Shown piece after piece: positions 12,113-23,901 of a stretch of DNA of 64,000 bases. The stretch's first letter is position 1. Each line of letters opens with the position of its first letter. Both the position numbers and the translations under genes were made by a program. The stretch lies in contig NW_024704743.1 of NCBI RefSeq assembly GCF_018977255.1, positions 20,648,001 to 20,712,000 on the forward strand, read 5' to 3'. The DNA is from Callorhinchus milii (taxonomy: Eukaryota). Under the pieces are notes generated by a model. The model made no database searches and was not told where the DNA came from. It saw nothing but the letters and a program-made list of their open reading frames with translations.

Positions 12113-12301
12113 AGAAGTCGCTGATAGCACTCAGTTGGTCAGGCAGCATCTACGGAGCGAGGAAAGTGTGTTAATGTTTCAGGTCGATGACCTCACGAAA
12201 GATCATTGACCTGAAACATTAACTCATTTTCCTGACCTGCTGAGTGTTTCCAGCGACTTGCTTCTTATTTAAGATTTCCAGCATCTGCAGTATTTTGCCT
12301 T
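12113..12301. mobile_element. palindromic non-autonomous element, probably Penelope-like (PLE)-derived, with 13-bp TSD
   Basis: Inverted arms GTTAATGTTTCAGGTC/GACCTGAAACATTAAC and AAGTCGCTG..CACTCAG..GGTCAGG/CCTGACCTGCTGAGTG..CAGCGACTT; CTGTAGAAAATAT on both sides (12100-12112 and 12302-12314). Confidence 0.75.
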
Positions 12302-13752
12302 CTGTAGAAAATATGCATGTTTGTGTGTCTGAGTGCGTGTGGTGTGTGTGTGTACATATAAATAAAATACATGCAACACCAAATGAAAACACGCAGTGGG
12401 GGTAATTTGAGTTTGTTGTTGGTGGTTTCTTTCAAAGAAAAAGCAGAAGAAGAAGCCCGCTACCGGAAACAACAGGGCAGCTATGGATACACACTGGAGA
12501 AGGAGACTGAACCGTTCCACAGTGAAAGAACACATTGGAAGCACTATACAGAGGTCACTCTGCAGCCTCCAGTCTGAATGGAATTGAACACTAACATTGC
12601 TCACATATCCTGCAGCTTTGAATTGAAAACCAGCAGCACGCTTTAAAAGGGTAACAAATTCAAATACTGCACACACCACATTAAAAAGGAAACAAAACCA
12701 GATACACTCTGAGCAGCACGATGGGCGAATTCTCTTGCCCGGACACAAATTCTTTTTTTGGCAAGGCCAAATGTGCTAAGTTTGTAACAGTGACAGCGAG
12801 CGCCCTGCTATTTTTATTCAGTGTTCACACTTTATGCTTTCAATGCAGGCCCCAATTTCAAAACAGACAGCGGTACCTGGGCAGCAGAGGGTGTGTGAAA
12901 ATGAAGACCGCAGTTGCTCTACATGATTTTCATTGATTCGCCATGTGAATTGCACTGCATCAGCATCAAACATGTAACACAACCCTCTCATCAGATCTGG
13001 GTCTGAAATGCTGCCCAACGTGATGTGTCAATCATCAATGACCAGACTCCACGTGCCATCTGGAAAAATCGCCATCATTATCCCTCCTCAACCACTCGGG
13101 CTCCAATCTGACGTGCTTATTTTCTTGGGGGGGGGGAAATATAAGTTAGGAATAAGGTGCAGAATAAGTGAGTAAAAGTTGAGTTGCATTTATTATTGAC
13201 ATTCGGTAGTGAATCGTTAGCAACAATACAATACAAATTTGCATTTCTATAGCGTCTTTCACAACAGGAGGATGCCCCCAGGAGCTGGACAGTCTTCAAT
13301 CCTAAAGCCATTATTACCACAAGAACAAAGCCTAAAATTCTCTCCTCCAAAGTCTCTGAAAAAAAGATATCACCAAAGGGCTGTAATATCCCAAAGCATC
13401 ATCAAGCGGCCATAAAAGCATTGACACTGTTTTATTTACTCATCAAAATTCTCACAAAATTACGTTCCTCTGCGCAAGTGTAGACGGATAAAAGCTACAT
13501 TTCCGTGATTCACTGCATCCGGCCAGTAAGCCCGCATGCATCGACCGTTCAAGACCTGATTTCCCACGATTCAACGGAGCTGATAAGTGCAAGAGTAAAG
13601 GAGTACAAGGGAGTGGAGTTAGGAGATGATTAATACGATTAGTGCAAAGAAGTCTAAGTGTTTTTGGTAGGAAACTGAATGGGTCTCGGGTGTAGGTCCA
13701 ACTTAGGCAATTATATGATTTATATAAAGATAAGACTCTTGCTATATACACC

Positions 13753-13792
13753 CACACACACACACACACACACGTAGTTGTTGTTGTTGTTG
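13753..13792. repeat. (CA)n plus (GTT)n microsatellite
   Basis: Read directly from the sequence. Confidence 0.9.
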
Positions 13793-14554
13793 TCGTCTAC
13801 TACTGGGGTGTTATTAGTTATTTGGCAGTCCAAATTATGAGTGGCCTCAGCATTTTTGAAGGACTGGATTGTCACCTTTTCTCCAAATCCAGTTCCTTTT
13901 CTAGTTTTAGTCACAGAAACCACTCCACATGTCTCTGAACACTTTGTAACACATTTTGTTTTTTTGTTATTCAAATGGTTTTGGATTCTTAACATTAACT
14001 GAGCTGTTTGAATGTAAACGAGCAGGCTGGCTCCAGTAAACTGACTTTTGAAATCTAAGCTGGTCTGACGACAAGGGAAAGATGCATTACATTTAGTGGA
14101 ATTAAAAGTGAGCAGCGATGACAGGTCAACAGTGGCAGACACACACTCCAGCACAAACAGGCTGAAGATCAAAAGCCATTTACCAATTTGATAAAAATAG
14201 CATTTGAAGTTATTGAGTTCACAATCAAATATCTGTGGATATGCACTGCTGTATCATGGTTTAGAGTTCATCTAGTTTAAGCAGAAGATCTGCCATGACC
14301 TTCTAAAGATGGTGAGTACATATTTGGTGAACACTGTAGCTGGTGTGAGACCTACAGGCACATTTCTTTGGAGTATGCTCCAAAGTTAGCAATTGTGTTT
14401 TTTTTACATAAAACTGATAAGAGGTATACTTAAAATAACCTAAAGTTCAAATGGCATACTCCATGACCAGAAATCGCAATGCCCAATATTGAAGTCGACA
14501 TTGCTTTAAGTTGAAAAGAACATTTTAACAACAGCAAAGAGCACAGATTAAGTT

Positions 14555-15630
14555 TTAGAAACATAGAAATCTGCAGGACAGAGGGGCACCATTTGGCCTC
14601 GCAAGGCTGCAGCGGGTATCAGAGCAAGGATATTGTTTCAATTCCGCCCCCCCACAACACACACTTATCTCCAAACCCCTCTCTTTCATTGTCTGCGTAC
14701 TTCTTTCTTGAAAGCTACAGTACTCTCAGCCTCCACCCTACTTGGTAAGGAGTCTTGCATCCCATCTACTCTCTGGGTGAAAAAAAATCCTCCTGAATGC
14801 TCCTTTTGCTATTCTTTTAATCTTATAACTATGTCCCCCAGTTATTGACTCCCCTATCAATTGAAATAACTTCTCTTTATTTACCTTAACAAAACCCCTC
14901 ATGATTTTGTAAACTTCAATCAGGTCCTCGCTCAACCTTCTCTGCTCCAATGAAAACATGCCCAGCCTCTCCAATCTCTCTTCATAACAGTAGCCCTTCA
15001 ATCCTGGAAACATTCTTGTAAACCTCCTCTGCATCTCCTCCACTACTCTAAAATCTTCCCTGAAATGAGGTGCCCAGAACTGGACACAATACTCCAGGTG
15101 CAGCCTAACTAATGATTTATACGAACTTAGCACAATTGCTTTACTTTTATTACTCTATGCCTCTGTGTATGAAACCCAGCATATTATTACAAAAACAGAA
15201 GTCGCTGGGAACACTCAGCAGGTCAGGCAGCAAAAAAAAAAGTGAGTCAACGTTTCAGGTCCAGGATCCTTCGTCAGAATGGACCCGAAACATTGACTCA
15301 CTTTCCTCTCTCCATAGATGCTGCCTGACCTGCTCAGTGATTTCTGTTTTTGTTTCAGATTTACAGCATCTGCAGTATATACAGCCTTTGCCACTTGCAA
15401 TGTTACTTTCAATGACCTATGTACCTGCATTCCCAAATCCCTTTGCTCCTCAGCCGCTGCCATTCAATACATACTGTATTCCCTTCGCTCGTTTTTTCTA
15501 CCAAACTGAATCAATTCACATTTCCTTTCATTGAAACTCATTGCCACTGATCAACCCATTCACTAATCTGTTTAAATCCTCTTGCAGTCTCTTGCCATTC
15601 TCACCACTGTACACAATATATCCTAGCTTG
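14555..15630 (-). mobile_element. CR1 LINE 3' portion, interrupted by a palindromic element
   Basis: ORF 14738-15133 'YKSLVRLHLEYCVQFWAPHFREDF..VEEMQRRFTRM..LERLGMFSLEQRRL.EDLIEVYKIM'; upstream 'EQRDLGMQVHRSLKV'. Confidence 0.92.
15190..15380. mobile_element. palindromic PLE-like element with a minimal hammerhead-ribozyme-like core on the minus strand (15246-15277)
   Basis: Arms CACTCAGCAGGTCAGGCAGC/GCTGCCTGACCTGCTCAGTG and GTGAGTCAACGTTTC/GAAACATTGACTCAC; minus strand reads CTGACGA-AGGATCCTGGACCT-GAAA-CGTTGAC. Confidence 0.75.
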
Positions 15631-16480
15631 TAATTGTAATGTCCAGTGTGTTATAAGGTTACAGTGGTTGAATCTCAGCTGTTACTTGGTTTTCCAATAC
15701 CTCATGGATGATAACGGTGGAACAAAAGAACAGCTGTGATCGAAACATCAGAGGTTTAGAGAAGAATCTAAAGGACAAAACATTGCAGCCAAAAAGTAGA
15801 AAGTGAGTGGAGTATTACATGTAAAACCTGGCCCAATTTCTCATCTTGTCTATCTTTTTAATGAATATTTTTGCAACATTAAAATACATTGAAGGGATTA
15901 GCCAAGCCATTTTAACATAGTTCAATTCTTTTTGTTAATGTTGAATCAAGATCAATTGTTTACACAGTGATCAAATTACGGAGTTGAGTACATAAGAGTT
16001 TCAATAAAACACTAATCCATGACCTTCACACGATATAGTTTGCTTCCAGATTTCCCAGACAGAGAGAAAGGAAATACACACACAACTAGTCATTAGATTC
16101 ACTACCCATTTATGATGAATTTTTTTTTGGTCAGCTGGGTGTCTGAAACATACTGAAACCCATCACCATGCTTAAGAGTATTGAAACCAAACTGAGTATT
16201 CCATGTATCTCACCTGCACATGGAAATACCAAAAATATATTGTTGGAATGGAATGCACTCTCTCCCTGGAGGGACTCATCTCACTCTGCTGAAAAGTAGT
16301 TGGATTTTAAGATAGAGTTTGGTACAGATTGTCTTGCAAAGTCAAACACACAGTCCACAATCAATGTCCCAGCTACTACATGACAAATGGCCATTTGAAC
16401 AAGACACCTGCATAAGTCGATGCTTTCACAAGACAAAAAGTTAACAGTGAAAGTTTCAAATACAGAATATAATAAATCCT

Positions 16481-16790
16481 GGAGTCCTGTAGCTCAGTGG
16501 TTAGAGCACTCTCCTCGCAAGCGAGATACCTGGGTTCGATTCCCGGCAGGGTGAAACCTTGGGCAAGTTTCCTTACTCCACAGGCCTGATAATAATCCCT
16601 GAAGAAGAAAACGCATTAATAAATTGGTCACTTCAACCCACGACTGTTTGTGGGCCACTGCTGTGCGCAATTGGCTGCCGCGTTTCACCCACAAAATATA
16701 CAATCAATTCACTTTACAGTATATTCTGTGAAGCCCTTTGAGACGTCTAGAAGACGTGAAAAGGGCTATATCAAATTCAAGGATTATTAT
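16481..16790 (+). mobile_element. full-length tRNA-derived SINE
   Basis: GGAGTCCTGTAGCTCAGTGG...GGTTCGATTCCC head; older-type tail GAGACGTCTAGAAGACGTG. Confidence 0.93.
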
Positions 16791-18337
16791 AACAAAGTAC
16801 CTTGAACAAAATTTCCAACTATCTGTACAACCACCAAACATGGATATGGATTTCGAACATGAAAATTTCTCTGGAATTATCATCTATTTCCACTATTAAA
16901 AAAAACACACACACATCAGTGCTTAGAGATATGGATGATCCCAGATTGTTCATGACTGTTGAGATAGATTAGGCTTTAAAGACAGACGAGAATGGATGGG
17001 CAACACAACAAAAGAGCAACAGCTGTTTACTGATCCACAGAACCCGATTTCCAGCATGCTGGTATTTCAGCACCAATGCAAGTGTTAAGTCACATGCATA
17101 TTTCATCTTCTCTTTCATCCCAGTATTAAGCCACAAAACATCAATGTACAGAATTATCATTTAGGTTTCAAGCAATGTTTACATGATACACTGAGAGCTA
17201 GCATTACCACTGCAATGAATGGGGTTGGTTTCACTTGTATGATCAAAATTAAGTGTGGCTTTGCTGACTTAACAGCTTGCCTACTCATTGGTTACAGCAA
17301 AGTGTAAATGTAGTTTTGTGCCCACATCCGCTGAAGAAAACGTCCAATGATCTTTCACTTCCTCACCTAACCTTCCTAATATAGGAAGATATTTTTAGGG
17401 TAGGGCTTAGAGAGATTTTTAAGCAACATGATCGTAAGCAGAAGGTTTGGTCAGGCAGGAGTCTGACACAAACAGGATGCTCATCATCATGCTTAACAAT
17501 ATTCAAACCAGCATGAGAGTTCCACACGTATGCCAGCACCGCATCAACATTTCCCTGTGTCGGACTCTATTTTATGGGTGAATGCGGCAGCGAATTAGTG
17601 CGCACCAATGCCACATACCAACAACAAATTACATTTGTATAACACCTTTCACGTCAGGAGGACATCCCAAGGCGCTGAAGCTTTGGAATGACAGCTTTGG
17701 AATAATTGCTGTTGGTCTGGGAAAGAAAAATTGTAAGCAATTGCAACAAAGAGACTAAACCCAAATCGAAAAACTAAAGATTGTTCAGACAAAAAAAAAG
17801 TGGGAGGAAGGTGGGGGCGAAACACTGAACAAAGGAAAAAGCAGTACAAGTTGAAAATCAAGAATTGCATGGAAAATTGGCAGGGCTGTTAGATCAAGTG
17901 ACCTCCTGCAAGTGCGACTACATAAAGAAAAAGGCTGACCGGTTGTACATTTTAGAGAAATATTGAGATTTAACTTAAAACACAAGCATGTTGTGTTAAT
18001 GTAACATTTGTAAGCATACAAACAAAAAGAGAGGTTGTTTCCTACCTAAGGAACTCAACAAAACTTGAGCTTTCAGAACATTATCAAATCTAGTTAAACA
18101 TTTGATAAGCAAGTTCAATTAGTTCTTAAAATGCTGCAGGAACAAGAGGCAAATGGACAGTTAGTCTTAAAATAATCTAATGTCATTTCTATCCTTGTAA
18201 GACATCATAATGCAACATGCCAGCAATGGAACCAAGTTATTTCCCTTGTTCATGTGACTGTTCATACTGGCTCCAGTATCAGGGGTTTTCTGAGGCAATT
18301 AGATTTTAGTGGACACTAGAATTGGGTTTTGCATTGA

Positions 18338-18733
18338 GTGTCACCCTGGCTCAGTTGCGAGCACTCTTGCCTCTGAGTTGGAAGGTTGTGGTTCAAGACC
18401 CATATCGGGATTTGGAATCACACAATCTCAGCTGTCACTCCAATACAGTGTGGGGGGGTTCAGTTGTCAGAAATACCATCCTTTGGATGAGGCGTTAAAC
18501 TGAAGCCCAGTCTGCCTTTTCAGGTGGACATTAAAGATCCCATGGCATGGTTTGAAAGAGAAAGGAGTTCTCTCGGTGTCCTGGCCAACAATCCTCCGAA
18601 CAAAATTGGTCATTCAGTTCATGTCTGTTTGCAGGACGTTGTTGTGAGCAACTGGCTACTGCATTTCGCCCATAAAATACAGTACAATCCACTTTAAAGT
18701 ATATCCTGCTTTGAGATGTTTCAACAACGTGAT
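18338..18733 (+). mobile_element. Deu-domain SINE
   Basis: GTCACCCTGGCTCAGTTG...GAAGGTTGTGGTTCAAG head; GGATGAGGCGTTAAACTGAAG...CAGGTGGACATTAAAGATCCCATGGCA core. Confidence 0.85.
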
Positions 18734-19410
18734 AACAACAACAAAATTACATTTGTATAGGTCACGTCTGGAGGACGTCCCAAGGCACTGGACAGCCAGA
18801 GTTATGGACCTGAGCTGGGGGTCGGGGTGGGGGAGGGTGGAGGGCAGGGGGGGAAGGAGGGAGATCAAAAGCACGGTTGAAGAGGAGGGTCTTGAGGTGG
18901 ATCTTGAAGGTGGCAAGGGACGGGGCAAGATGGAGGGACTGTGGGATGGAGTTCCAGAGGGTGGGGGCAGAGTGACAGAAGGCCCACCCTCCAATAGTGG
19001 GCCGAGCAAGGCGGGGGACGGGAGCAAACAGGATGGAAGGGGGTTAGGAGGTTGCAGAGGTAGGGGGGAGCAAGACTGTGGAGGGCTTTGAAGATAAGGA
19101 CCAGGATCTTGAACTGTATCCTCTGTGTGATGGGAAGCCAGTGGAGTTGGGCAAGGATGGGGATGATAGGATCCCAGAGCCTAGTGTGGGAGAGGACACA
19201 GGCTGCAGAGTTCTGGATGATCTGCAGCCTGTGGAGGGAGGAGTAGGGGAGGCCGACAAGGAATGAGTTTGCATAGTCGAGCCTTGATGTAATGAAGGGT
19301 GTATGAGGGCTTCGGCCGCCTGCAGTGTGAGACAATGTCGAAGCCAGGCGACGTTGCGGAGCTGGGGGAAGGCAGAACAGGTGATGGCGCAGATGTGGGG
19401 TAGAAAGGAT
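18734..19410 (-). mobile_element. L2 LINE, 5'-truncated
   Basis: ORF 18865-19482 contains 'FITSRLDYANSFLVGLP..SLHRLQIIQNSAACVL..LHWLPITQRIQFKILVL'; (GTT)n tail. Confidence 0.93.
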
Positions 19411-21734
19411 AGTTGATAAGGTGTTATATCGACTGCCAGGATTATTATTATATTTTAAAGATTTCCTCCCAACATGAAACACTTCTCTTCTAGTTATCTA
19501 AATGCTATACACTAAAACTTTGAGTACATTATTCACCCCTCAATTATTTGTCATAATTTTTGCAGGAATCTGCAGTGTTTTCAATGAGCTTTACCTTAAA
19601 ATCCCCCAAATTAGAGGGTTTTTTAAAATTTAAAAACAAGTTTGAACTTTAAATAGCCACCAAACTGAGGGTTAAACTAAGAAGTTTATTTGAAGGGTTA
19701 AACTCAGCATTTCAATTAAAAGGGTTAAACTGAGCCTGGCTGCATCTGCTAATTCTGTGGCTTGTTTCCTATTGATCGATCTCAGTGAATGGATAGGTGT
19801 TCAGAATGACAGTAATTTGGCTACATTAAGATGAACAATTAGCTCGACATCTTCTTAAATTTGCTAATCTCTGGAATGCCTGTCATTCATTCCATCTACA
19901 TTTCAATTTTACTAAATGAATAAGAACTACTATTAAAGATGCATTTACAACCACAATCGTAACCTACTGATATATTCATTCAATGGAACATTTTGCGGCC
20001 TTTGGACATATTATACACGGATATATAAAAAAAGATATTGCTCATGAGCTAACACCACAACTGATTATAAATACTTTATATATTAAACAGGAACCATCAC
20101 TATGATTTTACAGATGGCTTCGCATTCAGATATCTGTAACATTAGAGTGGAATCCCAATTATCTGAGGGCCTCTCCATGTACTGAATCATCAAGATTTTA
20201 ACCTACTGATGTATTCATTCATAGTCAAAAGTATGCCAACAGGATCACTACTCAAACATTTATGACACTGGTTTTAAACCCATTAGATTGCCACTAGGTC
20301 AATTCAGAATCAAAGCAATTGCACTATGAGCCACTTTGCAAATGCACATTTTAACATCTTGTTTAAAAAGAGATGGTGCTTTGATTGCTGGTCTTGCACT
20401 TATAGCACCTTTCACTCCGGGTAGTCTTGAAGAGCTTTACAGAGATGATGTGGATCACCAAGGAATAGTGTGCACACCATTCCAGACACAGGATTATTTC
20501 CATTGAAGATAGCATGCATATGTGGAACTAAGTCTGTTTTGGATACTCTTATAATAATAATACTCTTAAGCAAGGTTTCCATTTTTGTCAAGCAAAAAGC
20601 CAGAGCTGGAAGAGCAGAGAGTGAGGGCAGGATGTAAGATGAAGGCGGCTAGAGCCAAACAGGAAGACTTCTTTTGGTTGATATTATAATATTAAAAATC
20701 CTTTAATCCTTACAGTTGATATTTCACCTTTCACATTGGGAAGATGTCTAAAAGCGCTTGATAGGATTTACTGTAAAGTGTAATGACCGTACTTTGCCAA
20801 TTGGCACATAGCAATGTCCCACAGAACCATGAAGTGAATGACCAACGTTCAGCTGGAAGGAAGAGAAATCTCACCCATGTTTTGAGTGTCTAACAGACAT
20901 CCAGTTAGAGCAGCAGTAGTTCTGGAATCAAGAGTAGAAGTGGCGAGGTGGTGGGAGGGCGGGGTCATTGGCATACATGTGGAATGTTAACCTCATGCCT
21001 GTGGATGATTTAATTGAGGGGGAAACATATTGCTGGTGCTAGAATATCGTCAAATTCTTGCGGGGGTGGGGGATGGGACAGATGAACATCCTGGATTTTC
21101 TGCACATGCAAAACTATGTACTGTATTGCAAAATACCAGTAATTTCAAGTGCAATTCACAGTTCTTTTTAAGAACTGTTATCTAAACTACAACAGTACAC
21201 ATCCTGTTTGAAATAGGGAAGTTCTTCATGTGTGTCACTTTGGCAGGCAATCGTTGATTTCACAAACCAAACTTGAGTTGTCAGGGGCTTTGGAGTGGAA
21301 AATGGCTATTTATTTGAATCATGCCAATTTGTTAATATGGCACAGGTACAATATACTTTGAGATGCCAAACAACATACAGAAAACAAGCAAGCCTAAGGT
21401 CATTAGAGACCAACAAAAATGTTACTCAGAGAGCAAAATTAAGTCATTATAACAGTCCTACAACAACAACAAGATTCCATTTATAGAGCGCCTTTCACGT
21501 CGGGAGGACGTCCCAAGGCGCTGGACAGTTGGGTCAGAGAATACAAGCTTTTATTCTCAGTGGCCTGCACCAAAGCTAGCATGCTGTGAACAACAGTCAG
21601 ATAGCCAACTTAAGCACAAATAAACTGGCGCAATTCTTAAAAGCAAATCTCAAATAAATCAAACGAAAGCAAGCAAAGAAAAGTGTCCACACACAGTGGG
21701 AAACAGTTATTATTCCAAGACAGCCACATAACAT

Positions 21735-21940
21735 TCAAATAATAATCCTTGCATGTGTTTTATCACATCGACAAAATGTCTCAAAGCATTTCAAAGGATT
21801 TACTATAAAATGTAGTGACTGTCTATTTCTGGGCGAACACGGCAACCAATTTGCACAGAGCAATGCCCACAAACAGCCATGACCAATTAATATCTGAAGG
21901 ATTGTTGGCTCAGGACAGACACCAGGAGAAACTCTCCTCT
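21735..21940 (-). mobile_element. Deu-SINE 3' half
   Basis: AATAATCCTTGCA tail, CAATGCCCACAAACAGC and GGATTGTTGGC..AGG in reverse orientation. Confidence 0.7.
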
Positions 21941-21954
21941 CTTCATGTGTTTCA

Positions 21955-22330
21955 GTCATCTTGTAGTTCAGTGGTTAGAGCATTTGCCTCACAAGCAAGA
22001 GATCTGAGTTCAATTTCTGGGCAGCACAAAATGTTGGGCAAGTTTCCTTACCCCACACATCTCTGTTTACCTAGCAGTAGGTAGGAACCCGGTTGTTAGT
22101 TGGTTGGCGGATTGCTTTTCTGGGGTTAATAATTCCTTCAAAATTTTTTTAAAAAAATTGGTCACATCAATCCACGACTGTTTGTGGGACACTGCTGTGC
22201 ACAATTGGCTGCTGTGTTTTACCCACAAAATATACAGTTAATTCCCTTTATGGTATATTCTGTGAAGTGCCTTGAGACGTTTTGAAGATGTGATAAGGCC
22301 CTATATCAAACACAAGGATTATTATTATTA
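21955..22330 (+). mobile_element. tRNA-derived SINE, long variant
   Basis: Same head and tail as the short form, plus an internal CTCTGTTTACCTAGCAGTAGGTAGGAACCCGG...GCTTTTCTGGGG segment. Confidence 0.9.
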
Positions 22331-22424
22331 TCTTTCCACTCCGCACCCCACTCGGCTACCAACCCCCAGCTCGAGTGCCCAGCCAGTACTGTTAAAACTC
22401 TTTGGGATATCCTCCTGATATGAA

Positions 22425-22863
22425 TGACAACAACTTGCATTAATATAAGCGCCCCTCATGTCCCTCAGCCCTTGACAGAGGTGGAGCATGACTCCGAGCC
22501 ACGGGGTGGGGGAAGTGCTCATAGGCACAGTCGAATAGCAAGGTCTTCAGGTGCGATATGAAAATGGGGAAGGAACAGGCAAGGTAGAGGGATAGAGGAA
22601 GAGTGTTCCAGAGTTTTGAGGTGTAGTAACTGAAAGTGCGGCCACCAATAGTGGAACAGAGGGCACGGGGGACATGCAGAAAGCCTAGGCCAGTGGAATG
22701 GAGTCAGCAGGTTGTGGGGTAAGCATGTCAGAGAGGTAGGGAGGTGCCAGGGCACTAAGGGATTTGAAAACGAGGGTGAGGATCTTGAAATCGACCCGTT
22801 CAGTCATGGGGAGCCAGTGGAGCTTGGCTAGAATCGGTATGATGGGAGTACAGAAGTTAGTAC
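22425..22863 (-). mobile_element. older L2 fragment, split by a younger L2 (continues at 23564-23586)
   Basis: Encodes 'LHWLPMTERVDFKILTLVFKSL'; the 'ARILARTNF' junction is completed on the far side of the insert. Confidence 0.8.
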
Positions 22864-23563
22864 CTCACCCCTCACGCTGCTGAAACCCTGGTTTACGCCT
22901 TTGTCACCTCAAGGCTGGACTATGGGAACTCTCTCCTCGCCGGCCTTCCCGCCACCTCCCTCCACAAGCTGCAGGTCATCCAGAACTCTGCAGCTCGTGT
23001 ACTGTCCCGCACCAGGCTTCGGGACCACATCACTCCCACCCTCGCTCGCCTCCACTGGCTCCCCATCCCCCAGAGGATTGATTTCAAGATCCTCATCCTC
23101 ACCTACAAGGCCATTCATGGCCTTGCTCCCTCCTACCTCTCCAACCTACTATCCCCCTACCTACCAGCCCGTACCCTCCGCTCCTCCGGCTCCGGTCTGC
23201 TCCACGTCCCCCGCCCCAATCGCCCTACCATTGGTGGTCGGGCCTTCAGCCTCTCAGCCCCGAGGCTCTGGAACTCTATCCCCAGTGCCTTCGCCGCCTC
23301 CTCCCTTTCCTCCTTCAAGGCCGGTCTCAAAACCTTTCTCTTTGACCGTGCCTTCAGCTCCCCTCTCGACTCTCTTCCCCCTTCTCGCTCCCTCCTATCC
23401 CTCCCCTCACCCTGACCATTTCCCCCCTCCTTGCTCCCTCCCTTCCCTCCCCTCACCCTGACCATTTCCCCCCTGCTCGGGTCATGACCCAACTGTGCAG
23501 CTCCTTGGGACGTCCTCCTGACGTGAAAGGCGCTTTATAAATGGAATCTTGTTGTTGTTGTTG
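22864..23563 (+). mobile_element. young 5'-truncated L2 LINE
   Basis: Reads 'LTPHAAETLVYAFVTSRLDYGNSLLAGLP...LHWLPIPQRIDFKILIL'; 3' end GGACGTCCTCCTGACGTGAAAGGCGC...(GTT)n; TAGTAC on both flanks. Confidence 0.93.
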
Positions 23564-23614
23564 TAGTACGGGCAAGTATGCGTGCACTATTTAAATGTAA
23601 ATTTGTAATGTATT

Positions 23615-23875
23615 GTAGCATTATGGATCTTTAATATCCACCTGAACAGTCAGCTTAATGTCTCATCCAAAGGACGACACCTTTGGTGTCAGTGCTCTTC
23701 CGCCACTGCACTGGAACTTCCACAGCAACAAGCTGTAATTTTATAGGGTCCTTCACTCGGGAGAACACCTCGTAACGCTGTGTGCGAGCCTGGATTATGA
23801 GCTCAAACTCGAAACAGGGGACTTCAACCCACAACTTCCTGACTCTAAGATGAGAGTGAGTTAGGCCGACGGCTA
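23615..23875 (-). mobile_element. Deu-domain SINE fragments
   Basis: ATGGATCTTTAATATCCACCTGA core and CAACCCACAACTTCCTGACTC head, both in reverse. Confidence 0.65.
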
Positions 23876-23901
23876 ACAAAATGTGTTTGTTTTTCAATAA
23901 C

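Noticed and set aside
19660..19740. Regularly spaced repeats as a CRISPR array
   Set aside because: Only three 11-bp units, in vertebrate DNA, with no cas genes.
19960..20221. 23-bp direct repeat TAACCTACTGAT(A/G)TATTCATTCA 239 bp apart
   Set aside because: No element-like ends between the copies; most likely a trivial local duplication.
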